Notes: a model not told the origin generated them from the letters alone. DNA of 64,000 nucleotides from an uncultured Chloroflexia bacterium (GCA_963728205.1 CAVSIV010000006.1:32001-96000); one strand, 5' to 3'. Shown: positions 44,622-55,296, counted from the first letter of the stretch. Numbers and translations are program-made.

Positions 44622-46542
44622 ATGGCCATCCACCGCGCCACCGAGCCGATCACCGCGAGCGACGACGACCTGCGCGCCGCCCTGCTCGACGCGCACCTCC
44701 CCGCGCTGCTCCCCGCGCTCGCGCAGGCCACCGGCGACACGTCGCTGCTACGCGACGACCTCCGCCCGCTGATGCACGCGCCGGCGCTCCCACAGGGCGG
44801 CCTCACGCCCGAGCAGCAGGAGGCGGCGCGAGCGGTCGCGCTCCCGGCGCTGCAGGCGCTGCGCGATCACCCCGGCGCGCTCTCGCCGATCGCCGACAAG
44901 GCCGGCCTCGCCGGCCTCATGGCGTGGATGACCGGCGGTCCCGCCGACGGCGAGTACCTGCCGCTGCTGCTCGAGGAGCTCGCCCCGTTCGACGAGGACC
45001 CGCGCGCGCCGCAGTGGCGCAAGGACCCGGCGGTGCCGTTCACCGTCGGCATCGTCGGCGCCGGCATGTCGGGCATCGTCGCCGGCCGTGCGCCTGCAGC
45101 AGGCCGGCATCCCGTTCGTGATCTTCGAGAAGAACGCCGACTTCGGCGGCACCTGGCTCGAGAACACCTACCCGGGCGCCCGCGTCGACGTCTCGAACGC
45201 CTTCTACAGCTACTCGTTCGCGCAGCGCGTCGACTGGCCGAAGCACTTCTCGCCGCAGTCGGTGCTGCTCGACTACTTCCGCGACGTCGCCGACGAGTAC
45301 GGCCTGCGCCCGCACGTGCGCTTCGACACCGAGGTGGTGTCGGCCGAGTTCAGCGACGCCACGGCGTCGTGGACGCTGCGCGTGCGCGGAGCGGACGGCG
45401 CAGCGGAGAGCGTGGAGGTGCAGGCGCTGATCAGCGCCGTCGGCCAGCTCAACCGCCCGAAGCTGCCCGACATCACGGGCATGGGGAGCTTCGAGGGCCC
45501 GTCGTTCCACTCGGCGCGCTGGGACCACGACGTCGACGTGAAGGGCAAGCGCGTCGCGGTCATCGGCACCGGCGCGAGCGCCGCGCAGTTCATCCCCGCG
45601 ATCGCCGACGACGTCGCGGACCTGACCGTCTTCCAGCGCACGCCGAACTGGCTGGCCTGGGTGCCGCAGTACCGCGACGACGTGCCGTCCGGCCAGCGCT
45701 GGCTCTTCGCGCACGTCCCGCACTACGCGCACTGGTACCGCTTCTGGCTCTTCTTCGCGACGGTCGAGGGCCTGCTCCCGGCCGCGCGCGTCGACCCGGA
45801 GTGGTCGGGCTCGAAGGAGGCCGTCAGCAAGGCGAACGACGAGCTGCGCGCGCTGATGACGCAGAACCTGCAGCGCCAGTTCGCCGACCGACCGGACCTG
45901 CTCGAGCAGGTGCAGCCGACCTACCCGCCGGCCGCGAAGCGGATCATCCTCGACGACGGCTCGTGGGCGCGCACGCTGAAGCGCGAGCACGTCCATCTCG
46001 TCACCGACCCGATCCGGGAGATCACCCCGCACGGCGTGGTCACCGACGACGGCACCGAGCACCGCGCCGACGTGATCATCTTCGGGACGGGCTTCCAGGC
46101 GTCGCACTTCCTGACGCCGATGAAGATCGTGGGCCGCCACGGCGTCGAGCTGCACGAGCAGTGGGACGGCGACGCCCGCGCCTACATGGGCATCACGGTG
46201 CCGAACTTCCCGAACTTCTTCATGCTCTACGGCCCGAACACGAACATCGTGGTGAACGGCTCGATCATCTACTTCTCGGAGTGCGAGGTGGAGTACATCC
46301 TCGGCTGCCTGCGCGTGTTGCTCGAAGGCAAGCACCGCACGATGGAGTGCCGGCGCGAGGTGCACGACGCCTACAACGAGCGCATCGACGCCGCGAACCG
46401 GCTGATGGCATGGGGCGTGGCCGAGGTGAACACCTGGTACCGCAACGAGAAGGGCCGCTCGGCGCAGAACTGGCCGTTCTCGCTGCTCGACTACTGGCGG
46501 CAGACGAAGGAGCCCGACCCCGCGGACTACGAGTTCGCGTAA
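44622..46542 (+). CDS. Baeyer-Villiger flavin monooxygenase (4-hydroxyacetophenone monooxygenase-like), apparent +1 frameshift at ~45086
   Basis: N-terminal extension and GAGMSG in frame 44622; GGTWLENTYPGARVD, FHSARWD, GTGASA, GTGF in frame 45088. Removing one C at 45086-7 gives IVAGVRLQQAG. Confidence 0.88.
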
Positions 46543-46867
46543 GCCCGGCACGCCAATACTTTCTGACACTTCTGGTGCGTTTCCTCACCCTCGTGTATGT
46601 TCCCGACCGCGTTCGTGGTTCGTCTGCGACGCGCATCTTCGGCAGCCTCCGGCAAACATGGGTCGATGTCACCATGCAGCGGTGACAAGTCGCGCGATGC
46701 CTTCTGCGCTCACCCGCAGAAGCTCTCGTGTTCGCGATCATGACGCCGGATTGTCCGAGATCGCGGCCAGGTTCCGACCAGGTTCACCGTAGACGCATGG
46801 GGGGAGGGGGCGCGCCTTCCGCCAGCGACCGAGTGCGCGCGCGAAGTGCGAATGCGAGTGCCCCCAC

Positions 46868-49123
46868 ATGCAGGCTCGAGTCCGAATGTTTCGACCGGGA
46901 GGCGGACGACTCCTCCTCGGCGCGGCCGTTGCGCTGATTGCCTTCGCGGCGTTGTCCCTGACGGCGCTCGCGTACTCGACCGCTCCGGACTACACCGCGT
47001 CCGACTTCGCGACGGGATTCCCGGGGGGGCCGGTCGGCCCCGTCGGCCTCGCCTTTGACTCCACCGGCAACCTCTGGGTCCAGGACCAGCCGAGCGGCGG
47101 CCTCTACCGCATCCCGCAGTCCGTGGTCGCGAGCGGTGTCGCCGGCGCGGTGGCTCCGTATCTCGTGGGCTATGTGCCGTACAGCCCGACCGGCCTGGCC
47201 TTCGACAAGGCCGGGCACCTCTGGGTCGCACAGCAGGCCGGCATGGTCTCCGAGCTGGACACCACGCCCGGCCATGAGGGCACGATCCTGCAGACCGTCT
47301 TCGGCGTGACCGGCGCCACCGGGATCGCGACGGATCCGCTCACCGGGAACCTGTTCGTCACCTGGCCCGGCGGCGGCCCGATCCGCGTGATCGATCCCAC
47401 CACCAGCCCGGCCTCGATCGTGGGCCTGGTATCGATCAACAGCATCGATGGCATCACCTTCGGCCCGGACGGCACGCTGTACCTCGCGCAGTACGGCGCC
47501 GCCGTGCTCAGCGCGGCGCGCACCCCGGGCAACGGCGTCGGGCCCGCGTCGATCGTGACCGCCCTGCCGCTCTCTGACGGCATCGCCGTCGCGGCGAACA
47601 CGCACAACCTGGCGCACCCTGCCTACCTCTTCGCGAACCGCAACAACGGCGTCATCACGAAGATCGAGCTGGGATCGCCGGTCACGACCACCGATGTCTT
47701 CGCGGGCGGCAGCCGCGGCGACTTCTCGACGGTGGGCCCGGACGGCTGCCTCTACGCCACTCAGAGCAACAGCATCGTCAAGCTGACGAACGCCGACGGC
47801 ACCTGCTCGCTCGCGCCGGTCACCCCGGCCGACGTCACGTCGCTGTCCTACACGGGCGACACCGCGGTGCAGTTCGGCGACACGGCTCACCTGTCGGCGA
47901 CGCTCTACGACGTCTCGACATCCGCCGCGCCGCCCGCCGGCCAGCCGATCACGTTCACGCTCGACAACGGCGGCGGCAGCTGCGCCGGCACGACGGATGC
48001 ATCGGGCGCGGCCTCCTGTGACGTCAGCGGCCTCGCGCTCGGCTCGTACACGGTGACGGCCGCGTTCTCCGCCACCCCGACGCTCGCCGGGGCGGTCGAC
48101 ACGGCGACGCTCGCCGTGAGCGAACCGCCGCCGACGATCACGCTGCAGTCGATCACCCCGGCGCCGAACGGCGCCGGCTGGAACAACACGAGCCCGGTCA
48201 CCGTGACCTGGACGTGCACGAACTCGCAGACGGCGACCGTCTCCGTCGTCCTCACGAGCGACGGCGCCAACCAGTCCGCCATCGGCACCTGCATCAGCGA
48301 CGGCGATCCGTCCCTGACGGCGTCCGACACGCAACTGGTCAGCATCGACACCATGGCACCGGCCGTGACGGCGACGGCTTCCGTCGCGCCGAACGGCGCC
48401 GGCTGGAACAACACCCCCGTGACGGTCACCGTTACGGCGGCCGCCGACGGCGGCTCGTCGATCACCTGCGACGCTCCCGTGGTCGTCTCGACCGACGGCG
48501 CCGGACAGGTGGCGAGCGGCACGTGCACCGACGCCGCCGGCAACACCGGCAGCGCGTCGATCACGCTCAACATCGACACGACGGCGCCGACGCTCACCCC
48601 GTCGGTGACCCCGAACCCCGTCGAGCTGAACGGCGCGGCCACGGCCGACGCCGGCGCGGCCGACGCGACCAGCGGCATCGACACCTCGTCCTGCGACCCG
48701 GTCGTGACGGCGTCCGTCGGCTCGTACACGGTGGACTGCACGGCGACCGACGTGGCCGGCAACACCGCGACCGCCACGGCGTCCTACGACGTGGGGTATG
48801 CGGTCTGCGCCTCGGAGTCGGGCCCGAGCAAGCAGACCGGGAGCACCATCCCGGCCAAGATCAGCCTCTGTGACGCCAGCGGCGTGAACGTGTCGTCGCC
48901 GGCGATCACGGTCACGGCGGTGGGGCTCAGCCCGGCCGGCACGCTGGACGACTCCGGCCACGCCAACCCGGGCGACGTCTTCCGTCCGGTCGACTCCGGC
49001 TACATCTTCAACCTGAGCACGAAGGGCCTGGCGCCGGGCGACTACACCCTCGACTTCACGGTCGCGGGCGACCCGACGGTCCACCACTACGCCTTCACGG
49101 TTCAGGACCACGGCAAGCACTAG
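46868..49123 (+). CDS. Secreted surface protein: NHL/Vgb-like beta-propeller, Cys-containing Ig-like repeats, C-terminal PxKF-like domain
   Basis: Signal peptide, GLAFDSTGNLWV / GLAFDKAGHLWV / DGITFGPDGTLY repeats, 2x PNGAGWNNT, TD.AGN..IDTTAP, TIPAKISLCDASG..YIFNLSTKGL. Start may be 46886. Confidence 0.75.
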   Translation: MQARVRMFRPGGGRLLLGAAVALIAFAALSLTALAYSTAPDYTASDFATGFPGGPVGPVGLAFDSTGNLWVQDQPSGGLYRIPQSVVASGVAGAVAPYLVGYVPYSPTGLAFDKAGHLWVAQQAGMVSELDTTPGHEGTILQTVFGVTGATGIATDPLTGNLFVTWPGGGPIRVIDPTTSPASIVGLVSINSIDGITFGPDGTLYLAQYGAAVLSAARTPGNGVGPASIVTALPLSDGIAVAANTHNLAHPAYLFANRNNGVITKIELGSPVTTTDVFAGGSRGDFSTVGPDGCLYATQSNSIVKLTNADGTCSLAPVTPADVTSLSYTGDTAVQFGDTAHLSATLYDVSTSAAPPAGQPITFTLDNGGGSCAGTTDASGAASCDVSGLALGSYTVTAAFSATPTLAGAVDTATLAVSEPPPTITLQSITPAPNGAGWNNTSPVTVTWTCTNSQTATVSVVLTSDGANQSAIGTCISDGDPSLTASDTQLVSIDTMAPAVTATASVAPNGAGWNNTPVTVTVTAAADGGSSITCDAPVVVSTDGAGQVASGTCTDAAGNTGSASITLNIDTTAPTLTPSVTPNPVELNGAATADAGAADATSGIDTSSCDPVVTASVGSYTVDCTATDVAGNTATATASYDVGYAVCASESGPSKQTGSTIPAKISLCDASGVNVSSPAITVTAVGLSPAGTLDDSGHANPGDVFRPVDSGYIFNLSTKGLAPGDYTLDFTVAGDPTVHHYAFTVQDHGKH

Positions 49124-49150
49124 CCGCGGCGGGCAGCGAAGGATCTCCCG

Positions 49151-49182
49151 GAGGGGCCGGGACGGATCGTCCCGGCCCCTTC
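49151..49182. terminator. GC hairpin between convergent genes
   Basis: AGGGGCCGGGACG-GAT-CGTCCCGGCCCCT stem just after the 49123 stop; weak U-tract. Confidence 0.5.
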
Positions 49183-49184
49183 CT

Positions 49185-49309
49185 GTAGGGCGCGCGGCAG
49201 GCTTCTGGCCTGCCGTGAGCGTGCGTGCCTCTCGCGGATTGAGGTGGCCGCCTCCCGTCGGAGGAGGAACCTGCGAGCGCGGCAGGCCTGACGCCTGCCG
49301 CGCACCTAC
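49185..49309. repeat. GTAG-type REP doublet (REPIN)
   Basis: GTAGGGCGCGCGGCAGGCTTCTGGCCTGCCG ... CGCGGCAGGCCTGACGCCTGCCGCGCACCTAC: two inverted GTAG+hairpin units. Confidence 0.8.
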
Positions 49310-50403
49310 AGCACCGCGGCGGCGTCCCAGTCCTGGATCGCCGCGGCGCAGCGGTCCGTCATCGCGCGCGCGAGCGCGACGCCGCGCTCGTTCGACAGGT
49401 CGCCCAGGCCGCCGCCCATCACCGGGTACACGAGGCAGAACGCCAGCGTCGCGCGGTAGTCCTCGATGAACTGGTCGTGCGAGTAGTCCTCGACGCCGCC
49501 GGCGCGCAGGGTGTCGTAGTAGAGGTCCATCAGCTCGCGCTCGTGGGCGCGACGCAGGTCGACGTCCATGCTCTGGCTCGTGAAGTACCCCAGGTCGTAC
49601 GTGCCAACCGTCTGCACCGCGATCTGCCAGTCGACGGCCGTGAACGGAGGGGCGCCGGGGGCGGCGCCGAAGAAGAGGTTGTCGAGCCGCCAGTCGCCGT
49701 GACAGATCGTCGCCGGGCCGGCGCTCATGCGGTCGAGCAGCGCGCTCGTCTCCCGCGTCAGCCGCTCGGCCAGCGGCGCGATCCCCGCGGGCAGCGCATC
49801 GCCGAAGCGCTCCATGTAGGACGGCAGCGCCATCGGGTACAGCGACAGGCCGGCCTTGTTGATCTCGGAGTCGCCCTTCGGGATCCAGTCCAGCTCGGGC
49901 AGCCGCGGGTGGTTCCACCACTGCGCGTGGTGCTGCGCCAGCGACTCCACGAGCAGACGCGACTCCGCGAGCGTGGCGCCGGCCAGCTGGTCGCCGAGGC
50001 GGTGCGTCGCCAGGTCCTCGAGCAGCAGGACGAAGTTGCCGGTCGCCGGGTCGAAGCGCGCGACGTAGGCCCGCGCGGTCGGCAGCGCGACCTCGTGAGC
50101 GAACTCATCGTAGAAGCGGACCTCCCGCTCGTAGAACTTGAACGCGGTCGCCATCTGGCGGGTCTGCTCGCTCGCGCTGGGGAGCTTCGCGATCACGGAC
50201 GCGGGCGCCGTGGGCGGCGCGCCGTCGTAGGTCGGGCGGAGGCGGAAGAGCTGGCAGAGCACGCCGATGCCCTGCCCGACCGTCTCGCGCGCGACCGTCG
50301 TGACGCGCCCGTCGCCGAGCACGCCGGCGTCGCGCAGCGCCGCGGTGAGCCACTCCGCCGTGAGGTCGTCGGCCGTCGCGGGGATGGGAAGCGTCGTGGT
50401 CAT
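49306..50403 (-). CDS. Aminoglycoside/choline kinase-like phosphotransferase (EcKinase/DUF1679)
   Basis: SVIAKLP, YEREVRFY, LLLEDL, CHGDWRLDNLFF, VDWQ, YDLGYF. GGAGG RBS. Confidence 0.88.
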   Translation of the reverse strand: MTTTLPIPATADDLTAEWLTAALRDAGVLGDGRVTTVARETVGQGIGVLCQLFRLRPTYDGAPPTAPASVIAKLPSASEQTRQMATAFKFYEREVRFYDEFAHEVALPTARAYVARFDPATGNFVLLLEDLATHRLGDQLAGATLAESRLLVESLAQHHAQWWNHPRLPELDWIPKGDSEINKAGLSLYPMALPSYMERFGDALPAGIAPLAERLTRETSALLDRMSAGPATICHGDWRLDNLFFGAAPGAPPFTAVDWQIAVQTVGTYDLGYFTSQSMDVDLRRAHERELMDLYYDTLRAGGVEDYSHDQFIEDYRATLAFCLVYPVMGGGLGDLSNERGVALARAMTDRCAAAIQDWDAAAVL

Positions 50404-50567
50404 GGTGGCCCTCCTGTGGTCGGTGATGACCGCGGCGCGGTCGCGCCGCGCACCGGTGCGGCGAAAGCGGGCCGGAGGATAACAGAACGAATGGCGCCCC
50501 TTGCGCACCCGCGGTCCGTGCTCGCAGCGGGGTACCCTCGAACGCGCGAACGGTGCGAGGAGGCACG

Positions 50568-50996
50568 ATGACGAACTACATCCCGAGTCCGACCGGCTGG
50601 GTAGCCGACCAGGTGAAGCGCATCGAGGAGAGTGGCGGCGCCGAGGGGACCGAGCTGCGCGGCATGCCCGTCGTGCTCGTGACGATGCGCGGCGCGAAGA
50701 CCGGCGCGATCCGCAAGGTGCCGCTGATGCGCGTGCAGTGCGACGGCAAGTACGTGCTCGTCGGCTCGAAGGGCGGCGCGCCCGAGAACCCGCTGTGGGT
50801 GGCGAACCTGCGCGCGAACCCCGACGTCAGCGTCCGCGACGGCCGCGACGTGATCGAGGGCCGCGTGCGGCTCGTCGCCGACCCCGACGAGCGGCAGCGC
50901 TGCTGGGACGCGGCGGTCGCCGCCTTCCCCGACTACGCGAGCTACCAGCAGAAGACGGAGCGCCAGATCCCGGTGTTCGTCGTCGAGCCGAAGTAA
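50568..50996 (+). CDS. Deazaflavin (F420)-dependent nitroreductase (Ddn family)
   Basis: GAKTGAIRKVPLM, SKGGAPENPLWVANLRANP, YASYQQKTERQIPVF. GAGGAGG RBS. Confidence 0.93.
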   Translation: MTNYIPSPTGWVADQVKRIEESGGAEGTELRGMPVVLVTMRGAKTGAIRKVPLMRVQCDGKYVLVGSKGGAPENPLWVANLRANPDVSVRDGRDVIEGRVRLVADPDERQRCWDAAVAAFPDYASYQQKTERQIPVFVVEPK

Positions 50997-51052
50997 CCGC
51001 CCCGGCGAGCGTCGCCACCGCTATTCTTCCGCGGCGAAAGGAACCGCCCCGC

Positions 51053-51316
51053 ATGACCGACGCCCGGACCACGGCCCGGATCTCCGTCCGGCTCGTGCTC
51101 TTCGCCGACCTGCGCCGGCTGCTCCCCGCCGGCCACGACGGCCCGCTCACGTTCACCCTCGCGCCCGGCGCCATGGTCGCCGACCTGCTCGCCGCTGCCG
51201 GTGTGCCCGACGACGAGGACATCACGATCGGCCGCAACGGCGACCAGGTCGCACGCGACACCCCGCTCGCCGATGGCGACGAGGTCGTGCTCTTCAGCCC
51301 GATGGAAGGTGGCTAG
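51053..51316 (+). CDS. MoaD/ThiS-family sulfur carrier
   Basis: LFADLR, NG, LADGDEVVLFSPMEGG* (C-terminal GG); directly upstream of AOR. Confidence 0.9.
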   Translation: MTDARTTARISVRLVLFADLRRLLPAGHDGPLTFTLAPGAMVADLLAAAGVPDDEDITIGRNGDQVARDTPLADGDEVVLFSPMEGG

Positions 51317-51320
51317 CCGC

Positions 51321-53114
51321 ATGGACCGCTTCGGCTACTGGAACAAGATCCTGCACGTCGACCTCACCGCGCGGATGACCACCATCGAGGAGCCGGGCGA
51401 CGCCTTCTACCGCCGCTACGGCGGCGGCCGCGGCTTCATCGCGCACTACCTGCTCCGGGACGTCCCCGCCGGCGCCGACCCGCTTGGCCCGCAGAACGTG
51501 CTCGTCTTCGCGCCGGGCGTGCTCACCGGCGCGCCGGTGCCCGGCGCGGGCCGCCACAGCGTCGGCGCGAAGTCGCCGCTCAACGACGGCTTCGGCGAGG
51601 CGGAGGCCGGCGGCTTCTGGGGCGCGGAGCTGAAGCGCGCCGGGTGGGACGCGATCGTCGTCCGCGGCGTCTCGCCGCAGCCGGTCTACCTCTGGATCAA
51701 CGAGGGCGACGTCGAGATCCGCGACGCCGGCCACCTCTGGGGCAAGATCACCGGCGACGTCGAGGAGGCCGTCCGCGCGGAGCTCGGCGACCCGCGCGTG
51801 CGCGTCGCGCAGATCGGCCCGGCCGGCGAGCACCTCGTCCGCTTCGCCAACATCGCCAACGACCTCAACGAGTTCGCCGGCCGCACCGGGCTCGGCGCCG
51901 TGATGGGGTCGAAGCGGTTAAAGGCGATTGCCGTGCGCGGGAAGACGCCCGTGCCGCTCGCCGACCAGCCCGCGCTGCTCAAGGTGTCGAAGTGGGTGAG
52001 CGCGACCGTCGACGACGTGCACCGCGGCTTCCACGAATACGGCACCGGCGGTGCGATGCAGGGCAAGAGCCTCGCCGGCGGCATGCCGACGCTGAACTAC
52101 CGCATGGGCGAGTTCGACGACATCGACAAGGTCGACGCGGTGGCGGTGAAGGAGCAGGTCGGCATCGAGATGGGCGCGTGCTACGCGTGCTCGGTGCGCT
52201 GCAAGAAGGTCGTGCAGATCGAGCAGCGGCAGGAGGACGCCGGCGTCACCCGCAAGGGCAAGCCGATCGCGTTCGACCCGCAGGGCCGCTACCGCGTCGA
52301 CCCGAAGTACGGCGGGCCCGAGTACGAGTCGCTGGCGTCGCTCGGGCCGAACCTCGGGGTCAATGACATCGTGGCCGTGTGCAAGTCGAACGAGGTGTGC
52401 AACTACCTCGGCATGGACACCATCTCGGCGGGCGCGACCATCGCCTGGGCGATGGAGTGCTACGAGAAGGGCGTGATCACCGTCGAGGACACCGACGGCA
52501 TGAAGCTGCAGTTCAGCGACGGCGACGCGGTCGTGCAGATGCTGCAGCTGATCGCGAACCGCGACGGCTTCGGCGACGTCCTCGCCGAGGGCTCGGAGCG
52601 CGCCGCCGCGCGGCTCGGCCTCGGCTCCGACGCCTTCCTCACCACGGTGAAGGGCATGGAGATGGCGATGCACGACCCGCGCCACATGGCGCCGATGCAG
52701 GCCAGCTACCTGCTCGCGCCGACGGGCGGCGATCACATGCGCCAGACCGGCGACAAGAACGGGCTGCGCAACCAGGTCGGCATGTGCCACTTCCTCGCCT
52801 ACGACGAGGCGCAGACCGCGGACATCCTGAACGCGGTGACGGGCTGGGGCGTGACGCAGGAGGAGATGGTGACGATGGCGCACCGCGGCCTCACGCTCGC
52901 GCGCCTCTTCAACATGCGCGAAGGCAAGACGCGCGCCGACGACCGCCTGCCGGCGCGCTTCTCGGAGGACCTGCCGAAGCACAAGGGTCTGACGCGCGAG
53001 CACCTCGAGCAGGTGGTGACCGACTACTACGTCGAGCAGGGCTGGGACCCCGACACGGGCCGGCCGACCGCCGATACGATCCGCGCGCTGGGGCTGGAGG
53101 CCGACGCGGTCTAG
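51321..53114 (+). CDS. aor: Aldehyde:ferredoxin oxidoreductase (tungsten AOR family)
   Basis: KILHVDL, GGRG, AKSPL, IGPAGE, GRTGLGAVMGSKRLKAI, CYACSVRC, GPEYE, GMDTIS, VKGME, DDRLP.RF, YY..GWD. Confidence 0.92.
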   Translation: MDRFGYWNKILHVDLTARMTTIEEPGDAFYRRYGGGRGFIAHYLLRDVPAGADPLGPQNVLVFAPGVLTGAPVPGAGRHSVGAKSPLNDGFGEAEAGGFWGAELKRAGWDAIVVRGVSPQPVYLWINEGDVEIRDAGHLWGKITGDVEEAVRAELGDPRVRVAQIGPAGEHLVRFANIANDLNEFAGRTGLGAVMGSKRLKAIAVRGKTPVPLADQPALLKVSKWVSATVDDVHRGFHEYGTGGAMQGKSLAGGMPTLNYRMGEFDDIDKVDAVAVKEQVGIEMGACYACSVRCKKVVQIEQRQEDAGVTRKGKPIAFDPQGRYRVDPKYGGPEYESLASLGPNLGVNDIVAVCKSNEVCNYLGMDTISAGATIAWAMECYEKGVITVEDTDGMKLQFSDGDAVVQMLQLIANRDGFGDVLAEGSERAAARLGLGSDAFLTTVKGMEMAMHDPRHMAPMQASYLLAPTGGDHMRQTGDKNGLRNQVGMCHFLAYDEAQTADILNAVTGWGVTQEEMVTMAHRGLTLARLFNMREGKTRADDRLPARFSEDLPKHKGLTREHLEQVVTDYYVEQGWDPDTGRPTADTIRALGLEADAV

Positions 53115-53130
53115 CGCCCGTTCGCCCGTG

Positions 53131-53280
53131 GTCAAGCGGCGGCAGCATGCCGCCGATGCCAGCGCGGCCCGCGACCGCGACCGGGTCGGCGGCATGCTGC
53201 CGCCGCTTGACGCGGCCGATCACGGCCGCCGCAAGGGCGCAACCCACAGCGGCGCGCGCGATATCTGCCGCCGCTGTGGG
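53131..53280. repeat. Palindromic element related to the 35179/56748 family
   Basis: 26-bp inverted arms GTCAAGCGGCGGCAGCATGCCGCCGA (53131-53156 / 53186-53211), then CCCACAGCGGCG..ATATCTGCCGCCGCTGTGGG hairpin. Confidence 0.8.
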
Positions 53281-53311
53281 CGGAAGAACGCACTCGACGA
53301 AGGAGTCCCCC

Positions 53312-54178
53312 ATGCCCGCTCGCACCACCGTCGGCGTCACCGGGAAGCGCGTCCTCGCCGTCTACGGCCACCCCGACGACGAGGGCCAGGTCACCGGCAC
53401 GCTCGCCGCGTTCATCGCCGAGGGCAACGCCGTCACGCTCGTCTGCGCGACGCGCGGCGAGGTCGGCGAGATCAGCGACCCGGCGCTGTCGACGCCCGAC
53501 ACGCTCTGGTACACACGCGAGTTGGAGCTGCGCGCGGCGATGGCGCAGATCGGCCTCGCCGACGTGCGCTTCCTCGGCTTCCGCGACAGCGGCATGGCCG
53601 GCACGCCCGAGAACGACGACCCCCGCTGCTTCCACCGGCAGCCGGCGGAAACCGTGGTCCCGGCGCTCGTCGCGATCATGCGCGAGGTGCGTCCGCACTT
53701 CGTCTTCACGTGGCAGGAGGATGGCGGCTACGGCCACCCCGACCACATCGCGGCGCACCGCCACACGCTGGCGGCGTACGACGCGAGCGGGAACCCGGAG
53801 GCGTACCTCGAGGCCGGCGCGGCGTGGGCGCCCGAGCGCCTCTACTGGGGCGCGCGGATGATGGGCGGCTTCGCGCGCATCCGGCTCGAGATGGAGCGCC
53901 GCGGCCTGCTTCCCGAGCCGATCGACGACGAGACCCGCAAGCGCTTCGAGGAGATGCTGAAGCGCCCCGACCCGCCGGTCAGCGTCGTCGTCGACTGCGC
54001 GCCGTACGTGGAGGCGAAGCGCCGGGCGTCGTCGATGCACCGCAGCCAGTTCGGCGAGAACAGCATGTTCGCGCGCATCCCCGAGGACCTGCGCGCCGAG
54101 TTCTACGGCCAGGAGCGGTTCTTCCAGGCGCGCCCCGAGGGCGCGCCAGCGGGCGAGCCGGCGACGAACTTCGCGTAA
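53312..54178 (+). CDS. PIG-L family deacetylase (MshB/Mca-like)
   Basis: GHPDDE, CATRGEVGEI, FRDSGM, GGYGHPDH, HRSQ. AAGGAG RBS. Confidence 0.92.
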   Translation: MPARTTVGVTGKRVLAVYGHPDDEGQVTGTLAAFIAEGNAVTLVCATRGEVGEISDPALSTPDTLWYTRELELRAAMAQIGLADVRFLGFRDSGMAGTPENDDPRCFHRQPAETVVPALVAIMREVRPHFVFTWQEDGGYGHPDHIAAHRHTLAAYDASGNPEAYLEAGAAWAPERLYWGARMMGGFARIRLEMERRGLLPEPIDDETRKRFEEMLKRPDPPVSVVVDCAPYVEAKRRASSMHRSQFGENSMFARIPEDLRAEFYGQERFFQARPEGAPAGEPATNFA

Positions 54179-54222
54179 CCCGGCGCGCGGCAGGCTTCAC
54201 GCCTGCCGTGTTCCCGACCCCC

Positions 54223-55296
54223 TCACGCGCCCCGCGTGCCGCCAGCGCGCCGCGGTCCCAGCGCCGCCGTCACCGCCGGCATCACCTCGCGCGCGATCCG
54301 CTCCATGTAGCTCGGCCCCGCCTGCTCGCCCGGCGGCGGCGGATTCGGGACCGGGTGCGGCACCACGATGTCGAAGTCGATGCCGAGCGACAGCAAGGCC
54401 GTGAGCTGCTCCGCCACCTGCACCGTCGTGCCGCGCAGGCAGAACGCGTCGGCGACGGCCGATGGGAGGAAGTCGACGATGCGCCCCGACTCCACGAGAT
54501 CCGGGTGGTGGTGGAAGTCCGGGTGCACGCGCGGCTGCAGCTCGTGCACGTCCGGGCCGTCCCACCCGAGCCCGGCGGTCGCGAAGAGGTGCGGCGAGTA
54601 CTCGAAGTAGCCCGCCGCCATCGACTTCCCGATCAGCAGCGCTCGCCCGGGATCGTCGTCGAGCACCGTGTGGAGGACGAGTCCGAGGCGCACGTCCTCG
54701 GGCGGGCGACCGGCGTCGGAGGCGCCGGCGCGCACGGCGTCGACCGCGGCGCGCAACACCGCGGGGTGGGTGCCGGCGCGGATGAAGACGCCGTCGGCGA
54801 CGGCGCCGGCGGCGCGCAGCATGCGCGGTCCCGCCGCGGCCACCCACACGGGGACCGGCCGCGCGTGCGGCAGCCTCGCCGGGCCCTCGGCGCCCACCTC
54901 CACCGGCTCGCCCCGCAGGAGCGCGCGGATGGTGCGCGTCGCCGCCGCGAGGGTCGCGACCCGCGCCGGGCGCAGGCCGGCGAGCCGCACCGCGGTGTCG
55001 CCGATGCCGAGCCCGAGGAACGCACGCCCCTCCGCGACGGCATCGACGGTCGCGATCGACGACGCCGTCACCGTGGGGTGGCGCGTGACGGGGTTCGCCA
55101 GGAGCGGCCCGAGCCGGATGTGCGACGTCGCCCGCGCGGCGAAGGCGAGCAGGATGTACGTGTCGTGACGCCGCAGCTGGGAGTCGGGAACGAACGCGTA
55201 GTCCCAGCCGAGCCGCTCCGCCCGGGCGACGTCGGCCGCGAAGCGGTCGGGCGTGGCGAAGTCGAAGCGATTGAGGCCGAAGGCGGGGGCGGTCAT
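54223..55296 (-). CDS. LLM-class oxidoreductase (Mer-like, possibly F420-dependent)
   Basis: PDSQ, LGPLLANPVTRHPTVTAS, GRAFLGLGIGD, PVWVAAAGPRML..AG.VADG. Confidence 0.9.
   Translation of the reverse strand: MTAPAFGLNRFDFATPDRFAADVARAERLGWDYAFVPDSQLRRHDTYILLAFAARATSHIRLGPLLANPVTRHPTVTASSIATVDAVAEGRAFLGLGIGDTAVRLAGLRPARVATLAAATRTIRALLRGEPVEVGAEGPARLPHARPVPVWVAAAGPRMLRAAGAVADGVFIRAGTHPAVLRAAVDAVRAGASDAGRPPEDVRLGLVLHTVLDDDPGRALLIGKSMAAGYFEYSPHLFATAGLGWDGPDVHELQPRVHPDFHHHPDLVESGRIVDFLPSAVADAFCLRGTTVQVAEQLTALLSLGIDFDIVVPHPVPNPPPPGEQAGPSYMERIAREVMPAVTAALGPRRAGGTRGA

Noticed and set aside
45081-45090. Programmed ribosomal frameshift in the BVMO, YcaQ-like or B1 genes
   Set aside because: No slippery heptamer or known recoding in these families; single-base insertions explain all three.
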